NCBI GenBank assembly: GCA_963776245.1
Contig: CAVZLN010000003.1
Location: 1,056,001-1,120,000 of the forward strand
Direction of reading: 5' to 3'
Length of the DNA: 64,000 bases
Origin: Candidatus Eiseniibacteriota bacterium
GTDB taxonomy: Bacteria; Eisenbacteria; RBG-16-71-46
Each line of letters opens with the position of its first letter. Positions within the stretch are counted from its first letter, which is position 1. The position numbers and the translations under genes are program-made. This document shows, in pieces, positions 9,670 to 19,335 of the stretch. The notes below the pieces were generated by a model that searched no databases, was not told the origin of the DNA, and saw only the letters and a program-made list of their open reading frames with translations.

Positions 9670-9777
9670 CCCGCTCAGCCATATCCGGTTGGTGTCGCTC
9701 CGGACGCCCCCGCTGATGAACCTCTTCAGCGGGCGGTGACCGGTCCCATCGTCCGCCTCCTGAGCGGGAGAACGAAC

Positions 9778-10245
9778 GTGTCCGAGAACACGCATCCGAC
9801 CATCTCCGATATCACCCTGGCGCTGGCGCGTCTCGCCGACCGAGTGGCGGAATCGAACGCCCTGGGACTGGAGCCCTACGTGCGCTACACCCTGCGCCGG
9901 GCGCTCCAGGAGCTCGAGCTGCACATCCCCGGGCTCGACGCGCCTCCGGATCCCGAATCGGCCCAGCGCTACGCGATCGCGGCCGAGGCGGCGCTCACGC
10001 GCGGGCAGGACCGCGAGGCGCTGGCGCGCGCGCTGCGCGGCCTGGCGTGCTCGCCGCACCATCCCCACCTGTTCTTCCTCGCCGGTTCGGCCTGCTTCGA
10101 GCTGGGCGCGGTGGAGGACGCGCTGCGCCTGCTCTATCACACGCTGTGGATCCACCCGGGACACGCCCGTGCCCGGCAGGACCTCGAGTCCATCACGGGA
10201 TTCCTCGAGGAGACCGAGGAGGGAGAAGGAGACCGCGCCGCTTGA
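9778..10245 (+). CDS. Hypothetical protein with TPR repeats
   Basis: Helical TPR-like pattern (AGSACFELGAVEDALRLLYHTLWIHPGH..A). GTG start after GGGAG. Confidence 0.7.
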   Translation: MSENTHPTISDITLALARLADRVAESNALGLEPYVRYTLRRALQELELHIPGLDAPPDPESAQRYAIAAEAALTRGQDREALARALRGLACSPHHPHLFFLAGSACFELGAVEDALRLLYHTLWIHPGHARARQDLESITGFLEETEEGEGDRAA

Positions 10246-11459
10246 GGATCCTGCTGCTCGCAGACGGATTCGAGGCGTCGTCGCTCGGCGAGCCGGCGCT
10301 CTGGCTGCACGATCTGGCCGCACGCTGGGTCGCGCGGGGCGACAGCGTGCACGCGATCTGCGTGCAGCCGGTCGAGTCCTGGCAGGAGCCCGAGGACCCG
10401 CCCGGCATCACCGTGTGGCGGCCGGAGCGCGACCTGTTCGAGGCGAGCCTGGGTGAGGCGCTGGCGCTCGAGCCCGAGGTCGTGCACCTCGCCTCGCCCG
10501 GCCCGTACGGCCCGCGCGTGGTGGAGATCCTGCGCGAATTGCCGGTGTTGCTCGACGTGCACGACGACTGGCCGATCTGTCCCAATCACGACCTGCTGCG
10601 GCGGCCCAGCCTCGACCCGTGCGGGGAGCACTATCCGTTCGCCGGCTGCGGCCCGTGCGCCGGGCTCTCGCGGCTGCGGGCGATGGAGGAGAAGGTCGAG
10701 CTCTCGGCGACCGCCCGCATCGTGGTGGCGCACTCGGCGTACAACCGGGTGCGACTCAGCACCGGGCTCGGACGGCCGGTCGAGCTGGTCCCCTACGGCG
10801 TCGATCCGACGCGCTTCCGCGCGCAGCCGGAACCGCCCCGGGCGCCCGACGTGCGCGCGATGTTCGACGACCGCGACCGTCCGCGCGTGCTGTTCCTGGG
10901 CCCGCCCTCGCACGGACGCGGCGCGGACAAGCTGCTCGACATCATCGTGGCGGTGAGCGCGCGCATCCCCGACATCGAGTTCGTGGTCGCCGGCCGCGAT
11001 CCCCTGAATCCCGACTGGGACCAGGTGTTCCACGCCGAGGCCCTGGAGCTCGGGCTGCGCGAGCACGTGCGCGTGCTGCCGCGCGTCGCGTACGCCGATC
11101 TGCCGGGGCTCTACGCGGCGTGCCGGCTCGCCATCGCGCCGCTGGTGCAGCAGGAGCCGGGCGGCCTGTTCCTGCTGCAGGCGATGGCGGCGGAGTTGCC
11201 CATCATCGCCAGCCCGCTCGGCGCCGTGCAGGACCTCGTGCGCCAGGGCGAGGAGGGCCTGCTGGTGCCGCCGCGCGAGCTGTCGGCGTTCGCCAACGGC
11301 ATCTGCACCATGCTGCTCGACCCGATGGCGCGGATGGCGTTCAGCGAGAGCGGCCGGCTGCGGGTGGTCGAGCAGCACGACATCGAGCGCAGCGCCCACG
11401 CGCTCGACCTGCTGTACGAGCGCATGCGCCCGCGCCCGGCGCAACGCGCCGTCGCCTGA
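10242..11459 (+). CDS. Glycosyltransferase family 4 (GT-B)
   Basis: MRILLLAD start (TTG, overlapping the upstream stop); VPYGVD..RF, EPGGLFLLQAMAA..PIIAS..G...DLV..GE.GLLV. Confidence 0.85.
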   Translation: MRILLLADGFEASSLGEPALWLHDLAARWVARGDSVHAICVQPVESWQEPEDPPGITVWRPERDLFEASLGEALALEPEVVHLASPGPYGPRVVEILRELPVLLDVHDDWPICPNHDLLRRPSLDPCGEHYPFAGCGPCAGLSRLRAMEEKVELSATARIVVAHSAYNRVRLSTGLGRPVELVPYGVDPTRFRAQPEPPRAPDVRAMFDDRDRPRVLFLGPPSHGRGADKLLDIIVAVSARIPDIEFVVAGRDPLNPDWDQVFHAEALELGLREHVRVLPRVAYADLPGLYAACRLAIAPLVQQEPGGLFLLQAMAAELPIIASPLGAVQDLVRQGEEGLLVPPRELSAFANGICTMLLDPMARMAFSESGRLRVVEQHDIERSAHALDLLYERMRPRPAQRAVA

Positions 11460-11568
11460 CCGACGCGGCGGCACGCGCGCGGCTGGCAGGCCCCTGGGGG
11501 TTGTGGGAGACTGCTCCCGAGGCCGACCCGCCGCATCCCCTTCGGCCTCGTTCGCCGGGAGGTCGTCC

Positions 11569-13761
11569 ATGAACCGATCCGCCATCGCGTCCACGCCCGC
11601 CCCCGCGGTGGCGAAGCCGGACGCCTCGACTCTGGAGACGCTGTTCCGCCCCCGTTCCATCGCGGTCATCGGCGCCTCGCGCGATGCCACGACCGTGAGC
11701 GGCGCGGTGTTCAAGAACCTGCTCACGCACGGCTTCGACGGCCCGGTGTATCCCGTCAACCCGAAGTCGCCGGTGGTGCAATCGGTGGCCGCGTACCCGA
11801 GCATCACCGCGATCCCCGGCGAGGTGGACCTCGCGGTCATCGTGGTGCCGAGCCGGATGGTGGTCGCGGCCGCCGAGGAGTGCGGGAAGAAGGGCGTGAA
11901 GGTGGTGGTGGTGATCACCGCCGGCTTCCGCGAGGTGGGCGAGGAGGGCTCCCGGCTCGAGGGCCAGCTGCTCGAGATCGTGCGCCGCTACGGCATGCGC
12001 ATGGTGGGCCCGAACTGCCTGGGCGTGATCAACACCGAGGCCGGCGTGCGCATGAATGCGCAGTTCGCGCCCGCCAGCCCGCCCGCCGGCACGGTGGCGG
12101 TGTCCTCCCAGAGCGGGGCGCTGGGCCTCGCCATCCTCCAGTACGCCTCCGAGCTCAACATCGGGGTGTCGCACTTCGTCAGCATCGGCAACAAGGCCGA
12201 CGTGTCGGGCAACGATCTGCTCGAGTTCTGGGAGAAGGACCCCGGCACCCGGCTGATCCTGCTCTACCTCGAGTCGTTCGGGAACCCACGCAAGTTCATC
12301 GAGATCGCCCGCCGCGTGGCGCGCACCAAGCCCATCATCGCGGTCAAGAGCGGGCGCACTCGCGCGGGGATGCGCGCCGCGTCGTCCCACACCGGCTCGA
12401 TCGCGGGCACCGAGAGCGCGGTGGAGGCGCTGTGCCAGCAGTCGGGCGTGATCCGCACCGACACCATGGAGGAGCTGTTCGACGTCGCGATGGTGCTCGC
12501 CAACCAGCCGGTGCCGCGCGGTCCGCGGGTCGGCATCGTCACCAACGCGGGCGGCCCCGGCATCATGGCCACCGACGCGTGCGAGAGCCACGGACTCGAG
12601 GTGCCGATCCTGTCGGACGACACCATCGCCGGCCTGCGCGCCTGGCTGCCGCCCGAGGCGTCGGTGAAGAACCCGGTGGACATGATCGCCTCGGCGACCC
12701 CCGCGCTGTTCGAGCGGGCGGTGGCCGCGGTGCTCGCCGACCCGAAGATCGACTCGCTGCTGGTGCTCTACGTGCCGCCCATCGTCACCAACGCGGCCGA
12801 GGTGGCCGAGAGCATCGTCCGGGGGGTCGCCGAGGCGACGCGCCTCGCCGACCTCGAGGGGCGTCCGCACAAGCCGGTGCTGTCGTGCTTCCTCGGCACG
12901 CACGGGCTGCAGGAGAGCATGGCCACGCTGCACGAGGGACGCATCCCGTCGTACGTGTTCCCCGAGTCGGCGGCGATCGCGCTGTCGCGGGCGGTGCACT
13001 ACGGCGTCTGGCGGCGCGAGCCGCCGGGGACCCCACGGGTCTTCGGCGTGGACCGCGCGCGGGCGGCGCGCGCGATCGACCGCGCGGCGGCGCGGGGCCC
13101 CCAGGCGTGGCTCGAGGGCGAGGAGATCGCCGAGGTGCTGGCGGCCTACGGGATCCCGCAGCCGGCCGCGCGGCTCGCCCGCACCGAGGACGAGGCCGTC
13201 GCCGCGGCGCGGGCGCTCGGCTACCCGGTGGTGCTCAAGCTGTGGTCGCGCACGCTGACGCACAAGTCCGACGTCGGGGGCGTGGCGCTCGACCTGCGCG
13301 ATGCCGACGAGGTCCGCGAGGCGTGGCGTGGCATGCGGGACCGGCTCGGCGCGCTCGGGAAGCTCGACCAGATGGACGGGGCCACGCTCCAGCCGCTCCT
13401 CCGCGAGGGGCTCGAGACCATCATCGGCATGGCGCGCGACCCCGGCTTCGGCCCGCTGGTCATGTTCGGTCTCGGCGGCATCCACGTGGAGATGCTCAAG
13501 GACGTGGCGTTCCGCGTGGCGCCGCTCACCGACCGGGACGCGCGCGAGATGATGCGCGAGGTGCGCGCGTATCCGCTGCTCGAGGGCTACCGAGGCTCGC
13601 CGCCGGCCGACATCGCGGCGCTCCAGGAGGCGCTGGAGCGCATCTCGCAGCTCGCCGAGGAGCACCCGCGGATCGCGGAACTGGACCTCAACCCGGTGCG
13701 CGCGCTGCGACCCGGCAACGGCGTGGTGGCGATCGACGCCCGCATCCGCCTCGGGGACTGA
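11569..13761 (+). CDS. Acetate/acyl-CoA ligase (ADP-forming) family, fused alpha-beta
   Basis: PRSIAVIGAS, GPNCLG, SQSGALG, SHTGSIAG (phospho-His), NPVDM, ATP-grasp HKSDVGGV, ELDLNP. Confidence 0.95.
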   Translation: MNRSAIASTPAPAVAKPDASTLETLFRPRSIAVIGASRDATTVSGAVFKNLLTHGFDGPVYPVNPKSPVVQSVAAYPSITAIPGEVDLAVIVVPSRMVVAAAEECGKKGVKVVVVITAGFREVGEEGSRLEGQLLEIVRRYGMRMVGPNCLGVINTEAGVRMNAQFAPASPPAGTVAVSSQSGALGLAILQYASELNIGVSHFVSIGNKADVSGNDLLEFWEKDPGTRLILLYLESFGNPRKFIEIARRVARTKPIIAVKSGRTRAGMRAASSHTGSIAGTESAVEALCQQSGVIRTDTMEELFDVAMVLANQPVPRGPRVGIVTNAGGPGIMATDACESHGLEVPILSDDTIAGLRAWLPPEASVKNPVDMIASATPALFERAVAAVLADPKIDSLLVLYVPPIVTNAAEVAESIVRGVAEATRLADLEGRPHKPVLSCFLGTHGLQESMATLHEGRIPSYVFPESAAIALSRAVHYGVWRREPPGTPRVFGVDRARAARAIDRAAARGPQAWLEGEEIAEVLAAYGIPQPAARLARTEDEAVAAARALGYPVVLKLWSRTLTHKSDVGGVALDLRDADEVREAWRGMRDRLGALGKLDQMDGATLQPLLREGLETIIGMARDPGFGPLVMFGLGGIHVEMLKDVAFRVAPLTDRDAREMMREVRAYPLLEGYRGSPPADIAALQEALERISQLAEEHPRIAELDLNPVRALRPGNGVVAIDARIRLGD

Positions 13762-13765
13762 GCCG

Positions 13766-14608
13766 GTGGGGTGGGCGCCGCGTCACATCCCGGTCGGGCG
13801 CCTCGCCGCCGCCGCCGCCGTGGTGGTCGGGATCGCGGCGGTGGTGCGCCCGCCGGGGCACCCGGCGTGGCGGACGGCCGGCCCGGGGCTGGAGTTCGCG
13901 CTGCTCGACGGCGGCCACTGGTGCCGCGCCGGCTCGGCGAACGTCGCGGTGCTCCGCCTCGACCCCGCGCGGGTGGACCTGCACGTGCGGCACTGCTCGC
14001 AGCGCAAGGACGGGCTGCCGCTCGGCGTCGTGGGCTGGCAGCGCGAGAGCGGCGCGACCGTGGTGTTCAATGCCGGGCAGTTCTACCCCGACCTCACGTA
14101 CATGGGACTGCTGGTGAGCGGCGGACGCACGATCTCCTCGCGTCCCCACCCGACGTTCCGCGCCGCGCTGGTCGCCAGCCGCATCCCGGGCGGCGGCGGC
14201 GCGAAGGTGCTCGATCTGGAGCGGCACCCGCTCGACACGCGGGCGCCGGGATGGCGGGAGGTGGCGCAGTCGTTCATGCTCATCGACGAGGCCGGCGCGG
14301 TGCGCGTGCGCCGCAGCGACCGCGTCGCCAATCGCACCGCGGTCGCCGAGGACCAGCGGGGCCGCCTGGTGGTGATCGTGAGCGAGGGCGGGTACACGCT
14401 CTACGACTTCGCCGAGATGCTCAAGCGCCTGCCGCTCGACGTCACCCACGCCATGAGCATGGACGGCGGCAGCGAGGCGCAGCTGGTGGTCCGCGGGCCC
14501 GGCCTGCGCTACGCGTCGTTCGGGCGCTGGGAGCGCGACGGTGACGAGGCCGGGATCCCGGCCGCCGCCACGCCGCTCCCGGCGGTCATCGAGGTGCGCA
14601 CGCGATGA
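13766..14608 (+). CDS. Phosphodiester glycosidase (NAGPA-like) family protein
   Basis: N-terminal TM/signal; FNAGQF, NRTAVA, AMSMDGGSEAQL. Confidence 0.75.
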   Translation: MGWAPRHIPVGRLAAAAAVVVGIAAVVRPPGHPAWRTAGPGLEFALLDGGHWCRAGSANVAVLRLDPARVDLHVRHCSQRKDGLPLGVVGWQRESGATVVFNAGQFYPDLTYMGLLVSGGRTISSRPHPTFRAALVASRIPGGGGAKVLDLERHPLDTRAPGWREVAQSFMLIDEAGAVRVRRSDRVANRTAVAEDQRGRLVVIVSEGGYTLYDFAEMLKRLPLDVTHAMSMDGGSEAQLVVRGPGLRYASFGRWERDGDEAGIPAAATPLPAVIEVRTR

Positions 14609-15198
14609 GCGCGTTCCCCTGCGCGCGCTGCGGGCGGCCGGTGAGCCGCGACCGCTCCCGGACCCCGCCGCACATCGCCTGCGCGCGCTGCCGCTACCTG
14701 CTGTTCGACTATCCGCGCGCCTGCGTCGGCACGCTGGTGGTGAAGGAGCGCGAGCTGCTGGTGCTGGTGCGCGACCACCGTCCGCGGCGCGGCTTCCTCG
14801 ACCTGCCGGGCGGGTTCCTCGAGGCCGGCGAGGACCTCGAGGCCGCGGCGCGCCGCGAGCTGCGCGAGGAGACCGGGCTCACGGTGGGCGCGCTGCGTCC
14901 GTTCGGGCTCTACTGGGACGAGTACCCGCTCGACGGCTTCGGCCGCTTCCCGACGCTCAATCTCTACTGGCTCGCGCGCTGGCGCCGGGGCGAGCCGCGG
15001 GCCGCCGACGATGCCGCCGCGGCGCGCTGGCTCTCGCTCGCCGCGACCCGGCGCGCGCGGGCGCGCTTCGCGTGGCCGCACATGCGCGCCGTGGTGCGCG
15101 ATCTCGAGGCGGCGTTCGCGGGGCGGCGGGGCGCCGCCGCCGCGGGGTCGTGGCGCGGCTTCGCGCGGCCGCCCGGGCGCGTTCGGGGCGGGCGGTAG
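14605..15198 (+). CDS. NUDIX hydrolase with N-terminal Zn ribbon (NudC/ADPRase-like)
   Basis: CARC...CARC; Nudix box GGFLEAGEDLEAAARRELREETGL. Confidence 0.9.
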   Translation: MSAFPCARCGRPVSRDRSRTPPHIACARCRYLLFDYPRACVGTLVVKERELLVLVRDHRPRRGFLDLPGGFLEAGEDLEAAARRELREETGLTVGALRPFGLYWDEYPLDGFGRFPTLNLYWLARWRRGEPRAADDAAAARWLSLAATRRARARFAWPHMRAVVRDLEAAFAGRRGAAAAGSWRGFARPPGRVRGGR

Positions 15199-15199
15199 G

Positions 15200-15898
15200 A
15201 TGAGCCCGGGCCCGGCGCCCGACGATCCCGACGCGACGCTCGCCCGCGTGGCCGAGGGGCGCTACGCGATCGCCGTGGGCGGCGCGCCCTGCGGCGAGGA
15301 GCGCTGGCGCATCGGCGCCAACGCCGGCGGCATCGTCGCGACCGGGGAGCAGGTGCTCACGGCGCCCCATCCGTTCCCGAACACGCACGCGTGGCGCGCC
15401 ACGCTCACCCGCGAATGGCGCCCGGCGGCGCTCGCGATCGAATGGCGGGTGGGCGAACGGCTGCTGCGCGCCCGGCACGCGGCCGAGGGCGGGCGCTGGC
15501 GGGCGCGCATCGAGGTCGAAGGACAGGTGAAGCAGCAGGAGGGGGACTTCCCGGTCTACTGCGAGGTGGAGTACCCCTCGCACCTGTTCAACACCTTCAT
15601 CCTCGCGCGCCGCGCCTTCTCGGTCGGCGGCGAGCACGAGTTCCCGGTGCTGCGCATCGGTCCGCCGTGGATGGCGGTCGAGCCCGAGCGCATGCTGATC
15701 CGCTGCGTCGAGCAGGGCGCCTGGGCCGCCCCGTGGGGCACCGTACCCGCGAAGCGCTACCGGCTGAGCCTGCCGCCGCGCCCCGAGGCCGAGGGCTACA
15801 CGTTCTGGGCCGACGAGCACGACGTGGTGCTCGAGTCGTTCGAGGGCCCGGAGCCGGCGATCTCGTGGATGCGGCTGACGGACTACCACAGGGGGTGA
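15200..15898 (+). CDS. Hypothetical protein, possibly putative glycolipid-binding-domain family
   Basis: Beta-rich ORF with in-frame codon bias. PSHLFNTFIL resembles the SP..NTLPI motif of that family. Confidence 0.55.
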   Translation: MSPGPAPDDPDATLARVAEGRYAIAVGGAPCGEERWRIGANAGGIVATGEQVLTAPHPFPNTHAWRATLTREWRPAALAIEWRVGERLLRARHAAEGGRWRARIEVEGQVKQQEGDFPVYCEVEYPSHLFNTFILARRAFSVGGEHEFPVLRIGPPWMAVEPERMLIRCVEQGAWAAPWGTVPAKRYRLSLPPRPEAEGYTFWADEHDVVLESFEGPEPAISWMRLTDYHRG

Positions 15899-15969
15899 GA
15901 GGGACGGGCCCGCGACGCGCGACCGCCCTCCCGTCCACGCATCGCCCGGGCGCGCGCCCGAACGCGAAG

Positions 15970-16001
15970 CGGCGGGCCGGGTCTCGCGACCCGGCCCGCC
16001 G
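15970..16001. terminator. Intrinsic terminator hairpin between convergent genes
   Basis: Perfect 14-bp stem CGGCGGGCCGGGTC/GACCCGGCCCGCCG. The loop reads GCGA (GNRA) on the minus strand, just after the pntB stop. Confidence 0.8.
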
Positions 16002-16025
16002 TTCTCCGATGTGCCGCGAGGCGGC

Positions 16026-17462
16026 CTACGCCGCGGCCTGCTGCTTGACCGCCTCCACCAGCTTGCCGATGGCGGACTTGGCGTCGCCGAAGAACATGTA
16101 GGTCTTCGGGTTGTAGTAGATCTCGTTGTCGATGCCGGCGAACCCCGGGTTGAGGCTGCGCTTCACGACGATGATGTTCGCCGCCTTGTCGGCATCCAGG
16201 ATGGGCATGCCGTAGATCGGGCTGGTCTTGTCGTAGCGGGCGGCCGGGTTCACCACGTCGTTGGCCCCGATCACCAGCGCCACGTCGCAGCGCTCGAACT
16301 CCGAGTTGATCTGCTCGAGATCGAACAGCTGCTCGTAGGGCACGTTGGCCTCGGCGAGCAGCACGTTCATGTGCCCGGGCATGCGGCCGGCGACCGGGTG
16401 CACCGCGTACTTCACGTCGACGCCCTTGGCCGTGAGCATGTCGGCCAGTTCGCGCGTGACGTGCTGCGCCTGCGCCACCGCCATGCCGTAGCCGGGGATG
16501 ACGATCAGCGACTGGATGTTCGCCAGCAGCATGGCGAGGTCGTCCGCCGAGATCTCGCGCGCGGTCTTGGCGGGACCGCCGCTGGCCGCGGGGCCGGGGG
16601 CCGCGACCGGGGCCGAGCCGACGCCGGCGAACAGCACGTTGGTGATCGAGCGGTTCATGGCCTTGCACATGAGCAGCGTGAGCAGCGTGCCCGACGCGCC
16701 CACCAGCGTTCCGCTGATGATCAGCGCCGGTTCCTTGAGCGAGAACCCGGTGGCCGCCACCGCGAGACCGGTGCACGAGTTGAGCAGCGAGATCACGACC
16801 GGCATGTCGGCGCCGCCGATCGGCAGCACCATGAGGATCGAGAACACCAGCGAGACGCCCAGCAGCGCGTAGAACGGCAGGTTGCCGCTGGCCATGCCGC
16901 TCCAGCCCACCACGCCGATCAGCGCCAGGAACACGATCACCGTGAACGCCTTCTGGATCACCGAGCTGATGGCGTGCTCCATGAAGCCGCTGAGCTTGCC
17001 GAACGCGACCAGCGAGCCCCAGAACGACAGCGAGCCGATCACGCCGCCGAACAGCGTGGCGCCGAACCCGAGCGGGTCCACCGGCTGCCCGGCGGACTTC
17101 GCGTTCATGAAGCTCGCGAACTCCACCGTGGAGATCAGCGCCGCGGCGCCGCCGCCGCAGCCGTTGAGCAGCGCCACCATCTGCGGCATGTCGGTCATCT
17201 TGACGTAGCGGGCCCCAAGCGTGCCGGCCAGGCCGCCGAGCGCGATGCCGACGATGATGAGCACGCCGGCGTTCGAGCCCTCCTTCAGCAGGCCGCCGCC
17301 CCAGATGAAGATGAACGACGCGACGATCGCGAACGCCATGCCGATCGCCGCCATCTGGTTGCCGCGCCGCGCGCGCGCGGGATGGCTGAGGAACTTGAGA
17401 CCGATGATGAACAGGATCGCGGAGGTCAGGTAGGCGATGTCGGAGAGCAGTTTCGGGTTCAT
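16026..17462 (-). CDS. pntB: NAD(P) transhydrogenase beta subunit
   Basis: MPQMVALLNG.GG, IGGADMPVVISLLNS, PGYGMAVAQAQH, HPVAGRMPGHMNVLLAEA, GANDVVNP. Confidence 0.97.
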   Translation of the reverse strand: MNPKLLSDIAYLTSAILFIIGLKFLSHPARARRGNQMAAIGMAFAIVASFIFIWGGGLLKEGSNAGVLIIVGIALGGLAGTLGARYVKMTDMPQMVALLNGCGGGAAALISTVEFASFMNAKSAGQPVDPLGFGATLFGGVIGSLSFWGSLVAFGKLSGFMEHAISSVIQKAFTVIVFLALIGVVGWSGMASGNLPFYALLGVSLVFSILMVLPIGGADMPVVISLLNSCTGLAVAATGFSLKEPALIISGTLVGASGTLLTLLMCKAMNRSITNVLFAGVGSAPVAAPGPAASGGPAKTAREISADDLAMLLANIQSLIVIPGYGMAVAQAQHVTRELADMLTAKGVDVKYAVHPVAGRMPGHMNVLLAEANVPYEQLFDLEQINSEFERCDVALVIGANDVVNPAARYDKTSPIYGMPILDADKAANIIVVKRSLNPGFAGIDNEIYYNPKTYMFFGDAKSAIGKLVEAVKQQAAA

Positions 17463-17767
17463 GCCTTCCTCCCCGCGGGCTTGCGGGTCTTGAACATCTC
17501 GAGCATGCGGTCGGTCACCACGAACCCGCCGAACAGGTTCATCGCGCCCAGCACCACCGCGGCGAACCCGAGCCACGTGAGCAGCGGCGTCTCGGCCTCG
17601 GCGAGCACCAGCATGCCGCCCAGCATGACGATCCCGTGGATGGCGTTGGTGCCCGACATGAGCGGGGTGTGCAGCTGGACCGGGACCTTGGAGATCACCT
17701 CGAAGCCCACGAACACCGCGAGCATGAAGATGTAGATCGAGTACAGGATCAACGCGCCTTCGTTCAT
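17459..17767 (-). CDS. pntA: NAD(P) transhydrogenase alpha subunit part 2 (membrane part, PntAB)
   Basis: ISKVP..LHTPLMSGTNAIHG, NLFGGFVVTDRMLEMF. Has its own ATG at 17767. Confidence 0.9.
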   Translation of the reverse strand: MNEGALILYSIYIFMLAVFVGFEVISKVPVQLHTPLMSGTNAIHGIVMLGGMLVLAEAETPLLTWLGFAAVVLGAMNLFGGFVVTDRMLEMFKTRKPAGRKA

Positions 17768-18916
17768 GACGCCTTCCCTGCGACCGCCGGCTCGGGAGTT
17801 CCCGTGCCGCCCGCGTGATGCAGGTGTCGCGGATGATGTCGTCCCCGAAATCGAGGTTGAGCTTGGCTTCCTTGTGACGATCAGCTTGAGCAGCGCGTGC
17901 ATGTTGCGCGAGTACATCTGGCTCGCGTGGAACGGCAGCGAGGCGGGCACGTTCACCGGGCCCATGAGCGTGACGCCGTACTTCACCACGGTCTCGCCGG
18001 CCACGGTCAGCTCGCAGTTGCCCCCGGTCTCGGCGGCGAGGTCCACGATCACCGAACCCGGCCTCATGGCCTTGACCATGGCCTCGGTGACCAGCACCGG
18101 CGCCTTCTTGCCGGGGATCGCCGCCGTCGTGATGACCACGTCCGACTTGGCGACGTGCGATGCCAGCAGGTCCTTGACGCGCTGCTGGTCCTCGGCCGAG
18201 AGCTCCTTGGCGTAGCCGCCCGCGGCGACCACGTCCTTCTCCGCCAGCTCCAGCTGGACGAACTTGCCGCCGAGGCTCTGCACCTCTTCCTTCACCGCCG
18301 GCCGGACGTCGTATGCCTCGACGACCGCGCCCAGTTTGCGGCAGGTCGCGAGGGCCTCCAGGCCGGCCACACCGGCACCGAGCACGAACACGTTCGCGGG
18401 CGCGATGGTACCGGCGGCGGTCATCTTGAGCGGGAAGAACTTGCCCAGCGCGCCCGCGCCCCACAGTGCCGCCTTGTAGCCGGCGACGCCCGCCATCGAG
18501 GACAGCGCGTCCATCGACTGGGCGCGCGAGGTGCGGGGGATCATCTCCATCGAGAACGCCGTGACCTTGCGCGCGGCCAGTCGCTGCACCGCCGCCGAGG
18601 CCTTGTCACGGCCCAGGAACGAGATGTAGACCGCGCCCTCGGGGACCAGGTCGGCTTCGTGCTTGCCCACCGCGGCGTTGTCCATCGGCTCGCGCACCTT
18701 GGCGACGACGTCGCAGCCCTGGTACGCGGCGGGGGCGCCCGGGGCGATGGTGGCTCCGGCCTGGCGGTAGGCTTCGTCGGTGAACCCCGCGGCCGCTCCG
18801 GCCCCGGTCTCGACGACCACTTCGAGCCCCGCCTTCACCAGGCGCCCCACGGTCTCGGGCACGAGGGCCACGCGGGTCTCGCGCGGCAGGATCTCCTTCG
18901 GCACACCGATGCGCAT
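17764..18916 (-). CDS. pntA: NAD(P) transhydrogenase alpha subunit part 1 (PntAA); two apparent 1-nt deletions near the 3' end fuse it in frame to PntAB
   Basis: MRIGVPKE..PRETRVAL.P, RAQSMDALSSMA..AGYKA, GAGVAGL, DLAAETGGNC. The conserved tail LNLDFGDDII..TCIT lies in another frame (17813-17873). Confidence 0.9.
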
Positions 18917-19335
18917 GAGTCACACTCGTCGATTCGGGTTGAGGGAACGTCTCTTGCTGTCGAGGGGGTGCTGGCCGCCGGCCATCTTGCACCAGTCGTG
19001 CCGTGGAGGTGAAGTGTGGAAGGTGCGCGCGGGGCTGGCGGCGCGGCGCCGGCGGGGTCGGGAAGGGGAGTGCTTCGGGAAGCCTATCGCCTGTCGCGAA
19101 GCGAACTTCCGTGGCGTCCGATGAGGTCGTTGGCGGCCTCGACGCGGGTGCGCGATGCGCGGAGGTCGAGCAGGGTGCGCGCGGGGTGGATGGGCTGCCG
19201 GGGACCCTCCTGCCTTTGTGTCAGACTCGCGCACGGGATGTCAGGTCCACCGGCGCGCGCGCGGCGGTTCTGATAACGTCCGCAGCCACTTCGCATCTCT
19301 GGGCACACGGTCGCTTTCGAGGAGGTTGGGCAGCG

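Noticed and set aside
9709..9733. CTGATGA suggesting a hammerhead ribozyme or fluoride riboswitch
   Set aside because: No GAAA core or three-stem junction, and no upstream GATG-pseudoknot partner.
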